Positions 18,681 through 28,740 of a DNA stretch of 64,000 nucleotides are shown piece by piece. The stretch comes from a bacterium (GTDB taxonomy: Bacteria > Patescibacteriota > Patescibacteriia > Patescibacteriales > UBA12465). Positions within the stretch are counted from its first letter, which is position 1. Each line of letters opens with the position of its first letter. The position numbers and the translations under genes were made by a program. The notes under the pieces were generated by a model that saw only the letters and a program-made list of their open reading frames with translations, was not told where the DNA came from and ran no database searches. The DNA lies in the NCBI GenBank assembly GCA_035400585.1, contig DAOMZR010000001.1, positions 306,643-370,642 of the forward strand, written 5' to 3'.

Positions 18681-19427
18681 TTATTTTTTAATAACACTTT
18701 TAATATTTAAAAATTTTTTTGTTTTTTTAATTTCCTCTTCAAAAAATTTTCCACCTTTCCAATAAACTTTATAGGCTTTTGCTTTTCTATTACTTGCTAT
18801 TATTCTATACTTACCATCCTCAATTTGAATAGCACAATCATTCTCTATAGCAATAGAAACGAGTGAACTATTTTTCATCATTCTTTTTAAATCTTTCTTT
18901 CTGTGAGGCTCTACATCATAATGAGGACAATGAAGAGCGTTTATAAATCCAAGACCAGAAACTTTAATTAATTTTTTACTAGCGCTAGTAAATTTTCTGG
19001 AATCAGAATTTCCATATTTAAACCAACAAATAGATCCAGCTGACAAACCACAAAAAACTATATTTTTTTCCAAAGCTTTTTGCATTATCTTATCTACACC
19101 CAACCTTCTCCAAATAGTCATCATTTTCAAAGTATTGCCACCGCCAACGTATATAATGTCGGAATTTAAAATTTTTTTCTCTATTTCTTTTTTGCCCAAA
19201 ATTTCTCTAGTTAAATACAAAACGTCAACCTTACAATTCAATTTTTCAAAATAGTTTTTAATTATTAAATAATACCCCTCCGAATCAGAACTAGCAGTTG
19301 GAATAAATAAAAATTTTGGTTTTTTCTTGCCAGAAAAATTAATAATTTCCTTGTCTATTTTAAGAGTAGATTTAAGTCTAACATCACCACCCCCAATAGC
19401 TACAATTTTTGCCATATTTTGAAACAA
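18681..19427 (-). CDS. peptidase S51 (dipeptidase E-like)
   Basis: IIYVGGGNT...FCGLSAGSICWF (nucleophile Ser context)...ALHCPHYD. Confidence 0.75.
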   Translation of the reverse strand: MFQNMAKIVAIGGGDVRLKSTLKIDKEIINFSGKKKPKFLFIPTASSDSEGYYLIIKNYFEKLNCKVDVLYLTREILGKKEIEKKILNSDIIYVGGGNTLKMMTIWRRLGVDKIMQKALEKNIVFCGLSAGSICWFKYGNSDSRKFTSASKKLIKVSGLGFINALHCPHYDVEPHRKKDLKRMMKNSSLVSIAIENDCAIQIEDGKYRIIASNRKAKAYKVYWKGGKFFEEEIKKTKKFLNIKSVIKK

Positions 19428-19481
19428 TAAATATTGACTATATTATACCTCATTTTTAATATAATAAAAATATCAATAAAA

Positions 19482-19509
19482 TTGCCTTTATTTTTATTCT
19501 TGCTATAAT
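19482..19509 (+). promoter_or_regulatory. promoter of the t6A operon (predicts a leaderless mRNA)
   Basis: TTGCCT (19482..19487), 16 nt, TATAAT (19504..19509). The ATG at 19517 is only 7 nt after the -10. Confidence 0.5.
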
Positions 19510-19516
19510 AAAAACA

Positions 19517-20617
19517 ATGGAAATTATCAAATACAACCCCAAAAATCACTCCGAAATAGTCAAAAAAGCTACTAAAATTCTAAAAAGTGGTGGTATTTTT
19601 GTTTTTCCAACTGAAACTTGCTACGGTTTAGGAGCTGACGCCACCAATAAAAAAGCTATTGAAAAACTATATAAATACAAAAGAAGGCGCGAGGGAAAAC
19701 CACTGTCTGTCGCCGTATCCGATTCCAAAATGGCACAAAAATATGTTGAGATTAATGAAATTGCCCAAAATCTATACGACAATTACCTTCCTGGACCAAT
19801 AACTGTGGTTTCCAAAAGTTTAGGAAAAGTAGTCAAAGAAGTTGAGTCAGAATACGGAACCCTAGGAATCAGAATTCCTGATCACAAACTAGTTTTAGAT
19901 ATTATCAAAGAATTTGGCAAACCTTTTACTGCCACCTCAGCTAATCCGTCATATTTGCCAAAACCATATAGTATAAAAAACTTGCTAAAAACTGCTCCCC
20001 AGAAAAACCAAGATTTGATTGATTTAATCATTGACGCCGGAGAGCTAGAACAAAGAGAGACTTCAACTGTAGTTGATACCACCATGAATAATCTTAATAT
20101 CATGCGTCAAGGTCAAATTGATTTTTCCAAACAAATATCTCATAAGAAGGCCGTACTTAAAGCTCAAACCACTAGTGCCCAAGAAATGCTTAATTTTGGT
20201 TCTATGAATATGCTAAAATATATTGATGAACCATTAGATAAACCATTGGTATTTTTCCTAATGGGCGAGCTTGGTGTTGGCAAAACTCAATTCTCCAAAG
20301 GATTAGCTAAAAAATTACAAATTAAAGAATTGGTTAAATCACCCAGCTTTACTATTTTAAATGAATACGACTACAAACTAGGAGAAAGAAAAGGAAAATT
20401 TGTCCACATTGACACTTGGCGCCTAGAAAACATCAAAGATCTAGAAAGCATTGGAATAGATAATTATCTAAAAACAAATAATATTATTTCTATTGAATGG
20501 GCTGATAAATTTTTTAATGATCTGAAAGAAAAAATAAAAGAATCTGGCGGCAAAATTATAAATATCTCTTTCAAATATTTAGACGAGGATTCACGAGAAA
20601 TTGAAACTTATGAGTAA
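19517..20617 (+). CDS. tsaC-tsaE: fusion protein: TsaC/Sua5 (YrdC domain) + TsaE (P-loop ATPase) of the t6A pathway
   Basis: aa 20-200: GGIFVFPTETCYGLGADA...KPLSVAVSD...STVVD (YrdC). aa 245-335: LMGELGVGKTQFSKGLA...VKSPSFTILNEY...HIDTWRL...IEWADKF (TsaE). Confidence 0.85.
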   Translation: MEIIKYNPKNHSEIVKKATKILKSGGIFVFPTETCYGLGADATNKKAIEKLYKYKRRREGKPLSVAVSDSKMAQKYVEINEIAQNLYDNYLPGPITVVSKSLGKVVKEVESEYGTLGIRIPDHKLVLDIIKEFGKPFTATSANPSYLPKPYSIKNLLKTAPQKNQDLIDLIIDAGELEQRETSTVVDTTMNNLNIMRQGQIDFSKQISHKKAVLKAQTTSAQEMLNFGSMNMLKYIDEPLDKPLVFFLMGELGVGKTQFSKGLAKKLQIKELVKSPSFTILNEYDYKLGERKGKFVHIDTWRLENIKDLESIGIDNYLKTNNIISIEWADKFFNDLKEKIKESGGKIINISFKYLDEDSREIETYE

Positions 20618-21758
20618 ACCAAAAAATAAAAAAGAAATAATTATTTTAGCAGTTGATACTAGCTGTGATGATACTTCAGTCGCTGTTTTAAAAAACAGGA
20701 TAGTTTTATCTAGTGTAGTTTCCTCTCAAGTAGAGCTTCACCAAAAATGGGGCGGGGTTGTGCCTGATATTGCCAGAAGGGCTCATAAAGAAAATATAGA
20801 AAAAGTATATTTAGAGGCCCTAAAAAGAGCTAAAATAGCGGAAAAGGAAATTGATTTTTTTGCAGTTACTTATGGTCCAGGATTGGCTATTGCCCTAGAA
20901 GTCGGAGTTGATTTTATAAAAAATTTAGCAATTTTAAACAAAAAACCACTCATTCCAATAAACCACATGGAAGGGCATTTGCTCTCTTCCCTGCTTTTAA
21001 ACAAAAACAATCAAGGAAAAATTAAAATAAATCAAGAAGACAAATTATTTCCAGCCCTAGGACTTTTAATTTCAGGAAATCACAGCGAAATTGTTTATGT
21101 TAAAAAAATAGGAGATTATAAAATACTAGGTGAAACATTGGACGATGCTGCTGGTGAAGCTTTTGACAAAGTGGCTAGAATGTTAAACTTAGGGTATCCC
21201 GGTGGACCAATTGTAAGCAGTCTAGCTGATAAAGCTAAAAGTGATTGGAATAACCCTCAAAAAGCTTGGAAAGAAAAAGGTGGTAAAAAACCAATATCAG
21301 AACTTGCTGGAACTTTTGGTCTGCCGATTCCAATGATGCGCTCTGGTGATTTTAACTTTAGTTTTTCTGGACTTAAAACTGCTTGTTTATATAAAACTCA
21401 AGAATTACGTCAAAAATACAAAAAAGATACCGATTGGTCGTATAACTTTGCTCGAGAATTTATTAATGCCATCTCCAGATCATTATCACATAAACTAATC
21501 AAAGCTATAGAAAAATATCTAGAGGTAAAATCAGTTTTTGTCGGTGGTGGAGTTAGTAATAATAAATATATAACCAGAGAAATTGGAAATATTGTCAGGA
21601 AATTGAAAAAAAATTATTTTGTACCAGATAAAAAATTTCGCAGTGATAACGCCGCTATGATCGGAATTGCTGCCTATTATAATATTTTGAATAAAAAAAA
21701 TCAGCTAAAAGCTGATAAAATATTAGAATTAGACCGAAAGCCGATGTTAAGATTATAA
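20601..21758 (+). CDS. tsaD: tRNA N6-adenosine threonylcarbamoyltransferase TsaD
   Basis: ILAVDTSCDDTSVAV, NHMEGHL, GLLISGNHSEI, DDAAGEAFDKVARML, FSFSGLKTA, VGGGVSNN. 17-nt overlap with the fusion gene. Confidence 0.9.
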   Translation: MKLMSKPKNKKEIIILAVDTSCDDTSVAVLKNRIVLSSVVSSQVELHQKWGGVVPDIARRAHKENIEKVYLEALKRAKIAEKEIDFFAVTYGPGLAIALEVGVDFIKNLAILNKKPLIPINHMEGHLLSSLLLNKNNQGKIKINQEDKLFPALGLLISGNHSEIVYVKKIGDYKILGETLDDAAGEAFDKVARMLNLGYPGGPIVSSLADKAKSDWNNPQKAWKEKGGKKPISELAGTFGLPIPMMRSGDFNFSFSGLKTACLYKTQELRQKYKKDTDWSYNFAREFINAISRSLSHKLIKAIEKYLEVKSVFVGGGVSNNKYITREIGNIVRKLKKNYFVPDKKFRSDNAAMIGIAAYYNILNKKNQLKADKILELDRKPMLRL

Positions 21759-21762
21759 AAAA

Positions 21763-22173
21763 TTATTTTTTAAATTTATTTCGAATTTTTAGAAGATTAT
21801 CACTCGATAATCTTCTATTTAAATCTTTTTGCATTTCTCCCAAATTCTTAATTGATTTTTCCCAATCACTTCCTTCCAATTTATGAGGGATTAAATGATA
21901 ATGGGCATGAGGAACTAAACGTCCAAAAGAGGCTGAATCCACAAACTCATAACCTAAGGATCTGAAATGATTAGCCACCTCAACCGCAAATTCATAAAAC
22001 TTGCCGACATTATCAATATCCCAAATAAATCTAAAATGTTTTTTAGGAATTATAATTGTGTGCCCTTCAGAGAATTGAGCAATATCTAAAAAGGCTAAAA
22101 AATCATCATTTTCATGAATTTTGTAGCAAGGAATTTCTCCTTTTACTATTTTGCAAAAAATACAATCATCCAT
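21763..22173 (-). CDS. HIT-family protein (second copy)
   Basis: CIFCKIV...GHTIIIPKKH...HAHYHLIPH. Confidence 0.85.
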   Translation of the reverse strand: MDDCIFCKIVKGEIPCYKIHENDDFLAFLDIAQFSEGHTIIIPKKHFRFIWDIDNVGKFYEFAVEVANHFRSLGYEFVDSASFGRLVPHAHYHLIPHKLEGSDWEKSIKNLGEMQKDLNRRLSSDNLLKIRNKFKK

Positions 22174-22194
22174 ATTTTAATTTTGAAAATTAGC

Positions 22195-23475
22195 TTAATT
22201 TAAATCAAAAACCTTTTCTTGTCCACTCTGCATGTCTTTGATTTTATAGATTTTTTTATCAAATTCCTCTTCTCCCAAAATTACAATTTTACCCAAACCT
22301 TTTTTGTTGGCATATTCCAGAGCCTTACCTATTTTTAATAAATTTAATCCTTGTTCAACTTTTTTATTTTCCGATCTTAATTTCTTGGCTAAAATAAAAT
22401 TTTCATCAGCTAGTTTTTCACTGAGCAGGGGTAAATAATAATTATCCTGATAAATATTAACCTGGGGCAAAATATTCCAAGATTCTAAAAATATTTTAAA
22501 AGTTTCGTCTCCAGGAGCAAAACCAATAGCTGGAAAACTAACAGACCCGAAAAGTTCAGCCAAACCATTATATCTTCCACCACCAAACATCGCCCGGTTA
22601 TTGTCCTTATGATTGTCAAAAATTTCAAAAATTAAACCATCATAATAATCAAAACCCCTGATAAGCGAAGGAGAAAATAATAAATATTCTTGATAACCCA
22701 AATCTGATAAATTCTTCATTATTTTTTTTATTTCTTCTATACTCCCTCTATTTTTTAATTCCGTTATCTTATCAACAAGATCATCTATAGATTCAGCATT
22801 TAAAAAATCATCGATTCTTTTAACATTATTTTCTGATAAACCAATCTCTTTCATGGATTTAACAAAATCTCCTTTGGACAATTTAGCATACTTATCCATT
22901 AGTCTGGTTAAAGCTATTTTCTTATTTTCTGGCAAATTCAATAAAGCAAATAAATCATCGATCAATTTTCGACTATTTATTTTTAAAACAAAAGATTTTT
23001 TCGGTGGATTAAAAGCCAGCATTAAATCTAAAGATAATTGTAAAATCTCTAAATCAGATAGAAAATTATTTTCTCCAAAAACATCGCAATTTAGTTGCCA
23101 AAACTCTCTATTTCTACCTCTTTGTGGCTTTTCATTGCGCACAAAATTGGCTATAGAAAATAATTTAAGTGGCTTAGGGCTGGATTGATAGATTTTAGAA
23201 ACCATTCTGGAAACGCTAGGTGTCATTTCTGGACGAATAGCCAAATCTCTGCCAGCTTGATCAGTAAAAACCATCAATTCTTTTATTCCAATATCTTCTC
23301 CGGATTTAGCTCGATAAATATCAGCATTTTCTAAAATTGGAGTAAGATACTCAGAAAAACCGTAAGACAAACAAACCTCTCTCCATTTAGAAAAAATATA
23401 ATTTCTAACAAAAAACTCACCTGGTAACCAATCTTTTGTTCCTTTAACTTCTTGATTTGATAATATTTTAGACAT
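22195..23475 (-). CDS. hisS: histidyl-tRNA synthetase
   Basis: GTKDWLP, LAIRPEMTPS, REFWQLNCDVFG, FGGGRYNGLAELFG..PAIGFAPG class II HisRS motifs. Confidence 0.88.
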   Translation of the reverse strand: MSKILSNQEVKGTKDWLPGEFFVRNYIFSKWREVCLSYGFSEYLTPILENADIYRAKSGEDIGIKELMVFTDQAGRDLAIRPEMTPSVSRMVSKIYQSSPKPLKLFSIANFVRNEKPQRGRNREFWQLNCDVFGENNFLSDLEILQLSLDLMLAFNPPKKSFVLKINSRKLIDDLFALLNLPENKKIALTRLMDKYAKLSKGDFVKSMKEIGLSENNVKRIDDFLNAESIDDLVDKITELKNRGSIEEIKKIMKNLSDLGYQEYLLFSPSLIRGFDYYDGLIFEIFDNHKDNNRAMFGGGRYNGLAELFGSVSFPAIGFAPGDETFKIFLESWNILPQVNIYQDNYYLPLLSEKLADENFILAKKLRSENKKVEQGLNLLKIGKALEYANKKGLGKIVILGEEEFDKKIYKIKDMQSGQEKVFDLN

Positions 23476-23479
23476 ATTT

Positions 23480-24205
23480 TTAAATCACCATTTTAGCTTG
23501 TAACTTGTTTTTAGCTAGTATTTGGGCTTCGAGTAAACTATCAAAAGTCCCAGCATCAACCCAGGCGCCATTAACCATGGCCACATCTAACTCCCCTTTT
23601 TCTAAATAAATTTTATTAACATCGGTGATTTCTAACTCTCCTCTAGGTGATGGTTTTAAATTTTTAGCTATATCGACTACTTTGTTATCATAAACATACA
23701 AACCAGTAACACAATAATTTGATTTCGGATTCTGCGGTTTTTCTTCAATCGATATTGCTTTTTTATTTTCGTCAAATTCAACAACTCCAAATCTTTCTGG
23801 GTCAGGAACTTCTTTGGCAAAAACCTTAGCTCCGCTTTTAAAATTTTTAATATCTTCACTAAAATCATCTTCAAAAATATTATCACCCAAAATCATACAA
23901 ACACTGTCTTCATCAATAAAATTTTGACCTATTAAAAAAGCTTGGGCCAAACCCTCCGGTTTATCCTGAATTTCATAGGTAAATTTTACTCCAAAATCCT
24001 TGCCACTACCAAGAAGATTTAAATAATGACCAGCTTGTTCTGGCGCTACAATAATTAAAATATCTTTAATTCCAGCTTTAATTAAAGTATTTAGTGGATA
24101 ATAAATCATTGGACGATTATAAACTGGTAATAATTGCTTAGAAGTAACTTTGGTACAAGGTCGAAGTCGAGTAGCGCTTCCACCAGATAAAACTATTCCT
24201 TTCAT
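23480..24205 (-). CDS. rmlA: glucose-1-phosphate thymidylyltransferase (short form)
   Basis: [38 protein letters not shown], plus cluster context. Confidence 0.85.
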   Translation of the reverse strand: MKGIVLSGGSATRLRPCTKVTSKQLLPVYNRPMIYYPLNTLIKAGIKDILIIVAPEQAGHYLNLLGSGKDFGVKFTYEIQDKPEGLAQAFLIGQNFIDEDSVCMILGDNIFEDDFSEDIKNFKSGAKVFAKEVPDPERFGVVEFDENKKAISIEEKPQNPKSNYCVTGLYVYDNKVVDIAKNLKPSPRGELEITDVNKIYLEKGELDVAMVNGAWVDAGTFDSLLEAQILAKNKLQAKMVI

Positions 24206-24232
24206 AAAATAAATGTATTTTAAATTTAATAA

Positions 24233-25150
24233 TTATAAATTGTTTAAATATTCTTTTAAAGCCTCCCTCCAATCTCTTAATGCTGGCAACTTGGAATTGG
24301 CTAGAACAGAATATTTCGGCCTTTTTGCTGGCCGAGGAAAACTTTCAGCTGAAACTGGATTAATTTTAATTTTGATATTTTTTATTTTAAACAATTCCCT
24401 GGCAGCATCATACCAAATAGCTGGTCCGCTATTTCTAACATGGTAAATACCAAAATCATTTTTATTTTTTAAAATATTAATTGTTTGTAGAGCTAAATCA
24501 GGTGTATAGGTAAAACAACTTAACTCTTCATTAACAACGTTAATTTCGCTTCTATCTTTGGACAATTTAAGCATTAAATCAAAGAAACTATCTTTGGAGT
24601 CATTTGATTTGCCTTTGGGGCCAAATAATTTTGAAGTTCTAATTATATAATATTTTAATTTTTTATCTCCTAATTTTAGCAATTCTTCTTCCCCCCACAA
24701 CTTTGTTAGACCATATTTATTTACTGGGCAAGGATCATCATTTTCCCTAAAACCACCATTTTCTTTAAATTTCAAGAGGCAATCATCATTACAACCATCT
24801 TCATGGCAAACATCACCACCAAAAACATAATCCGTAGAATAATGAACCAAAATAGAATTGTTTTTAATAGCTGCTTTACCTAAAAACTTTAAGGCATCAG
24901 AATTTATTTTTTTAGCTATTTTAAATTCATCTTCAAATTCTTCACATTTATCAACAGCATTGTAGGCTGCCGTATTGATTATTACATCTGGTTTAATTTT
25001 TGATATTTTTAACATTATGTCATCGGAATCAAGCAAATCTAAATCATCTCTGCTAAAAGATATAATTTGAGCAGAATCTAAAAAATCAGAGTTTTTCACA
25101 AATTGCGTGCCTAAATTTCCATCAGCTCCTAAAATTAAAATCTTATTCAT
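24233..25150 (-). CDS. rmlD: dTDP-4-dehydrorhamnose reductase
   Basis: ILILGADGNLG Rossmann motif, STDYVFGG. I place the start at Met17 of the tracked ORF (25150), which removes the overlap with rmlB. Confidence 0.85.
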   Translation of the reverse strand: MNKILILGADGNLGTQFVKNSDFLDSAQIISFSRDDLDLLDSDDIMLKISKIKPDVIINTAAYNAVDKCEEFEDEFKIAKKINSDALKFLGKAAIKNNSILVHYSTDYVFGGDVCHEDGCNDDCLLKFKENGGFRENDDPCPVNKYGLTKLWGEEELLKLGDKKLKYYIIRTSKLFGPKGKSNDSKDSFFDLMLKLSKDRSEINVVNEELSCFTYTPDLALQTINILKNKNDFGIYHVRNSGPAIWYDAARELFKIKNIKIKINPVSAESFPRPAKRPKYSVLANSKLPALRDWREALKEYLNNL

Positions 25151-25164
25151 ATTAATATTATTAA

Positions 25165-26142
25165 CTAGGATCTGTTGTTTATTATTTTTTCCCACCAATC
25201 AGTATTGTTTTTATACCAATCAATCGTGTTTTTTAAACCATCTTCAAAGTTGATTTGTGGTTCCCAGTCGATATTTTTTTGAGCTTTAGAAAAATCAATT
25301 GCATAACGGAAATCATGACCCAATCTATCTTCAACAAATTCAATCATCTCCTCACCAAAACCAAGATTACTCAAAATTATTTTGGTAATATCAATATTTT
25401 TCATTTCATTACCACCACCCAAACAATATGTTTCTCCAATGTTTCCTTTTTTTACTATCATTTCAATTCCCCTGTTATGATCATCAACATGAATCCAATC
25501 TCTAATATTATTACCGCTTCCATAAACAGGAACTTTTTTTCCGCGAAGAAGATTGGTTATAAAAAGAGGGATTAGTTTTTCTGGAAATTGATATGGGCCA
25601 TAATTATTAGAACAATTAGAAATGGTCACTGGTAAATTATAAGTATGATAATAAGCCCTAACTAAATGATCAGCTGCAGCCTTAGAAGCACTATAAGGGG
25701 ATCTGGGATCATAAGGTGTATTTTCATTAAATCTTGGATCAGATAAAGATAAAGAACCAAAAACTTCATCAGTTGATATCTGGTGAAATCTGATATTTCC
25801 GTTTTTTCGAGCAGCCTCTAAAAGAACTCTAGTTCCGTCAATATTTGTTTTTACAAAATCAGCGCTACTCAATATTGACCTATCCACGTGACTTTCAGCT
25901 GCAAAATTAATTATCAAATCAACACCAACAGTTAAATCATTAACTAAATCGGTATTACAAATATCACCTTGAACAAATTTATAATTAGGATTGATGATCA
26001 CATCTGATAAACTGTCTAAATTACCAGCATAAGTTAACTTATCTAGATTAATAATGTGGTCATTTTCGTTGTTTTTGAGCCAATATCTAATAAAGTTTGA
26101 GCCTATAAAACCAGCTCCGCCAGTAACTAAAATTTTTGACAT
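25165..26142 (-). CDS. rmlB: dTDP-glucose 4,6-dehydratase
   Basis: ILVTGGAGFIGSNF, YSASKAAADHLV. Start placed at MSKILVTGG (26142) rather than the longer ORF (26178). Confidence 0.9.
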   Translation of the reverse strand: MSKILVTGGAGFIGSNFIRYWLKNNENDHIINLDKLTYAGNLDSLSDVIINPNYKFVQGDICNTDLVNDLTVGVDLIINFAAESHVDRSILSSADFVKTNIDGTRVLLEAARKNGNIRFHQISTDEVFGSLSLSDPRFNENTPYDPRSPYSASKAAADHLVRAYYHTYNLPVTISNCSNNYGPYQFPEKLIPLFITNLLRGKKVPVYGSGNNIRDWIHVDDHNRGIEMIVKKGNIGETYCLGGGNEMKNIDITKIILSNLGFGEEMIEFVEDRLGHDFRYAIDFSKAQKNIDWEPQINFEDGLKNTIDWYKNNTDWWEKIINNRS

Positions 26143-26243
26143 AAATGATAAAAATAATACTAAAAAACAGATAAACAATCTATAAACATTATATAATATT
26201 TCTTTTATTTTTAAAAGCTTATATTTATTGCCTATTTATTGCT

Positions 26244-26274
26244 GCAAAAAACCAAAAATCGGCTTAGCCGATTT
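26244..26274 (-). terminator. terminator between 26300..27760 and rmlB
   Basis: Minus strand AAATCGGC-TAA-GCCGATTT followed by TTGGTTTTTT. Confidence 0.55.
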
Positions 26275-26299
26275 AAAAACAAAATAATTTACTAATTTA

Positions 26300-27760
26300 T
26301 TAGAAAAATCTAGACATCATTTCTCTTCTAATCTCATTTGAGACACCTCTTTCAGCGCAAAAAGAGGAAAATTCTTTTTTTAAATGATTAAAATATTCAA
26401 ATTTAGCCAAACTACTGGAATCAAAAGCATCTAAAATTTGGCCGAATCTTTTCGAGAAACGATTAATGGCTAAATTAAAATTTTCATAAGTAAAAGGTTT
26501 TTGTAAAAAACCAAGCTTAATAATACCATCAAATTCATTAAAAGATGATAAATTATTTATTTCTGCCGGAAAAGATAGTTTGCCCCGACCAGAATTCAAA
26601 AAACTACGATTTAAATTAAACTTAAAATTGCTACAATCATGAAGGTCGGCACCAAAGTTTTTTAAATCCAATAAAGATTCTTCAAATTTTTTAACTATAC
26701 TTTTGTATTTTTCTCTATCACTTTCACCAAAATCTCTAGCAACTAAATCAACTTTGCTTTTAAAGGAATTAAATAATTCTAAAAATTCATTATGATAATC
26801 ATAGTCACCAATTTTATCACCTTCTCTTTTTAATTTAATTAAAGAGGATTCAAGGAGTTGCTTGGTTTGAATTATTTTCTCTTTTAATTTTTCTCTGGCT
26901 CTTTTTTTCTTATCATTAAAGAAAAATCCTGGCTCAGAAAAATCTGCAGACTCTTTCTCTAAAAAAACAATTGCATCTTCTAATTCTTTAATTGATAATA
27001 GTTTTTCGTCTTCAATCATTCTGTTAATTTCTTTGATAGCAATTTTGTGTTTTTCTGATTCAAAATGAACTTCACCTTTTTTGAAATCAATATCGTTCAT
27101 AATAATCCTATCTTTTCTTATGGTAATTTTATCGCCTTGACCAACATCAACACTTTTTTCTGAAAAAAATTTATTCAAAACAACTTTATTGTTATCTTTC
27201 ACAAGCCCCTCAAATCCTTTTTTTAGTTCCGTAGTATAATCAATAACCCTAACTTCTGGACTATTTTTTAACAAACAAGAAGAAGCCTCGGTCAAAAAGG
27301 ACAACTTAATGCTATCTTCAAAGTTCTTAGCTATCTTTTCTTTGTTGATTTTTAGATTTCGGGAGCGATTGCCTTTTAAATCATCGCCCACAATAAGCGA
27401 TATATTTATTTTATCTTCCAATAAATTGTCACTCTCTAATAAATGTAAAAACTCGTCTTTTAAAACTTTAAACGTCTCATCAATTCCATTTTCTTGAGCC
27501 AAAGAAAAAACATCAGAATTGATAAAAATTTCTTCCGGATTTCTTTTATGTTGCCCTGGTTTAATATTTTCTAAATCCCTTCTAATACCTAAAACAATTT
27601 TTTTTCTCTGTTCTAAAAATTTAGGATCACCTTCATCAAAAAACTCCAAAAGATCATCTTCTTCTTTTGTTTCTGTTTTATTAATATTTTTTTCTAAAGA
27701 TTTTTTTGGTTTATTCTCTCTTCTATAATAATCAAGTTCGTTGATTTGTCCTAAATTCAT
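26300..27760 (-). CDS. hypothetical soluble protein (486 aa), Lys/Glu-rich, helical
   Basis: ATG start. 5-nt gap after rmlC with a terminator behind it. No TM segment and no motif I recognise. Confidence 0.65.
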   Translation of the reverse strand: MNLGQINELDYYRRENKPKKSLEKNINKTETKEEDDLLEFFDEGDPKFLEQRKKIVLGIRRDLENIKPGQHKRNPEEIFINSDVFSLAQENGIDETFKVLKDEFLHLLESDNLLEDKINISLIVGDDLKGNRSRNLKINKEKIAKNFEDSIKLSFLTEASSCLLKNSPEVRVIDYTTELKKGFEGLVKDNNKVVLNKFFSEKSVDVGQGDKITIRKDRIIMNDIDFKKGEVHFESEKHKIAIKEINRMIEDEKLLSIKELEDAIVFLEKESADFSEPGFFFNDKKKRAREKLKEKIIQTKQLLESSLIKLKREGDKIGDYDYHNEFLELFNSFKSKVDLVARDFGESDREKYKSIVKKFEESLLDLKNFGADLHDCSNFKFNLNRSFLNSGRGKLSFPAEINNLSSFNEFDGIIKLGFLQKPFTYENFNLAINRFSKRFGQILDAFDSSSLAKFEYFNHLKKEFSSFCAERGVSNEIRREMMSRFF

Positions 27761-27765
27761 ATTAA

Positions 27766-28218
27766 TTAATTTATTTTATAAGGAGAATTAGAATCTTCCT
27801 CCCAACGAATTTCGTCAACCTCTTCTTTTTTACCTTCACCTCTATAAAGTTTATCTGGTAGATTTATACTATAAGCTTCTTTTTCTCCAATGCATTTATA
27901 CCCATGTACAACTCCAGGTGGAACAATAACCATTGTTGGATTGTTTTCACCAACTTCAATTTTTAAATGCTCGCCATTAGTTTCGCTTTCAGCTCTTCTG
28001 TCCCAAAGATAAAGTTCAAAATTACCAGGGCCAACAAAAACAAAACAATCACTTTGAAAAACATGCTCATGTGGTCCACGAATAATTCCGGGCTTAGTAA
28101 CACTAATATAGGCCATTTGTGGTTTATATTCAGTTTCATCTAATCTGTAAACCTCACTTAACCAACCACGATGATCCTCATATTTGTTTAATTTCTTGAT
28201 AATAAGATCTTTAATCAT
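27766..28218 (-). CDS. rmlC: dTDP-4-dehydrorhamnose 3,5-epimerase-like cupin (short, 150 aa)
   Basis: DHRGWLSEVYR...RGPHEH...VPPGVVHGY cupin core as in RmlC; adjacent to the rml cluster. Confidence 0.75.
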   Translation of the reverse strand: MIKDLIIKKLNKYEDHRGWLSEVYRLDETEYKPQMAYISVTKPGIIRGPHEHVFQSDCFVFVGPGNFELYLWDRRAESETNGEHLKIEVGENNPTMVIVPPGVVHGYKCIGEKEAYSINLPDKLYRGEGKKEEVDEIRWEEDSNSPYKIN

Positions 28219-28296
28219 ATCATTTTTATTATTTAAAATATATCTATATTATAACAAATAGAATTAAAATTTCAATTTTAAAGGCACCAGCCCTTC

Positions 28297-28325
28297 TTGC
28301 TTTATTTTTAAGCTTATGATAATAT
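28297..28325 (+). promoter_or_regulatory. promoter for rpmE
   Basis: TTGCTT (28297..28302), 17 nt, TAATAT (28320..28325) preceded by TGA. Confidence 0.45.
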
Positions 28326-28411
28326 AATCTCAGCCAATCAGATGGCTTGTTTTATGTGTTTATAATTTTAAAGGAAAATCGTCAAAATTAGCGAAAAACC
28401 TTGATAATAAT

Positions 28412-28684
28412 ATGAAAAAAAGTATTCATCCTAAATATAATAAGGAGGTAAAAGTAAGTTGCGCTTGTGGTAACTCGTTTATTACTGGATCAACTGAAAA
28501 TGAAATAAAAACAGAGCTTTGTTCAGCTTGCCATCCTTTTTATACTGGAAAACAAAAATTAGTTGATACAGCTAATAGAGTTGGTAAATTCCAAGCTAAA
28601 TTAGGAAAAAAAGATGATAATCGTCTAGGAAAAACAGCCAAAAGAGCTGCTAAGGCCAAAAAGCAATCAGAGAAAAGTAAATAA
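28412..28684 (+). CDS. rpmE: ribosomal protein L31 (Zn-binding type A)
   Basis: MKKSIHPKY...VSCACG...[13 protein letters not shown]. Confidence 0.92.
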   Translation: MKKSIHPKYNKEVKVSCACGNSFITGSTENEIKTELCSACHPFYTGKQKLVDTANRVGKFQAKLGKKDDNRLGKTAKRAAKAKKQSEKSK

Positions 28685-28705
28685 GCAAATTTAGATAAAA
28701 AAGAT

Positions 28706-28735
28706 AAAAGCTCTAATTAAGGAGCTTTTATTTTA
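28706..28735 (+). terminator. hairpin after rpmE (terminator/attenuator directly before prfA)
   Basis: AAAAGCTC-TAATTAAG-GAGCTTTT followed by ATTTTAT. It ends 6 nt before the prfA ATG. Confidence 0.5.
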
Positions 28736-28740
28736 TCAAT

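Noticed and set aside
28326-28411. Possible autoregulatory leader upstream of rpmE (hairpin AGCCA-ATCAGA-TGGCT and an AAGGA 35 nt from the ATG)
   Set aside because: There is only a 5-bp stem and no resemblance I can see to known ribosomal-protein leaders. It is too weak to call without covariation data.
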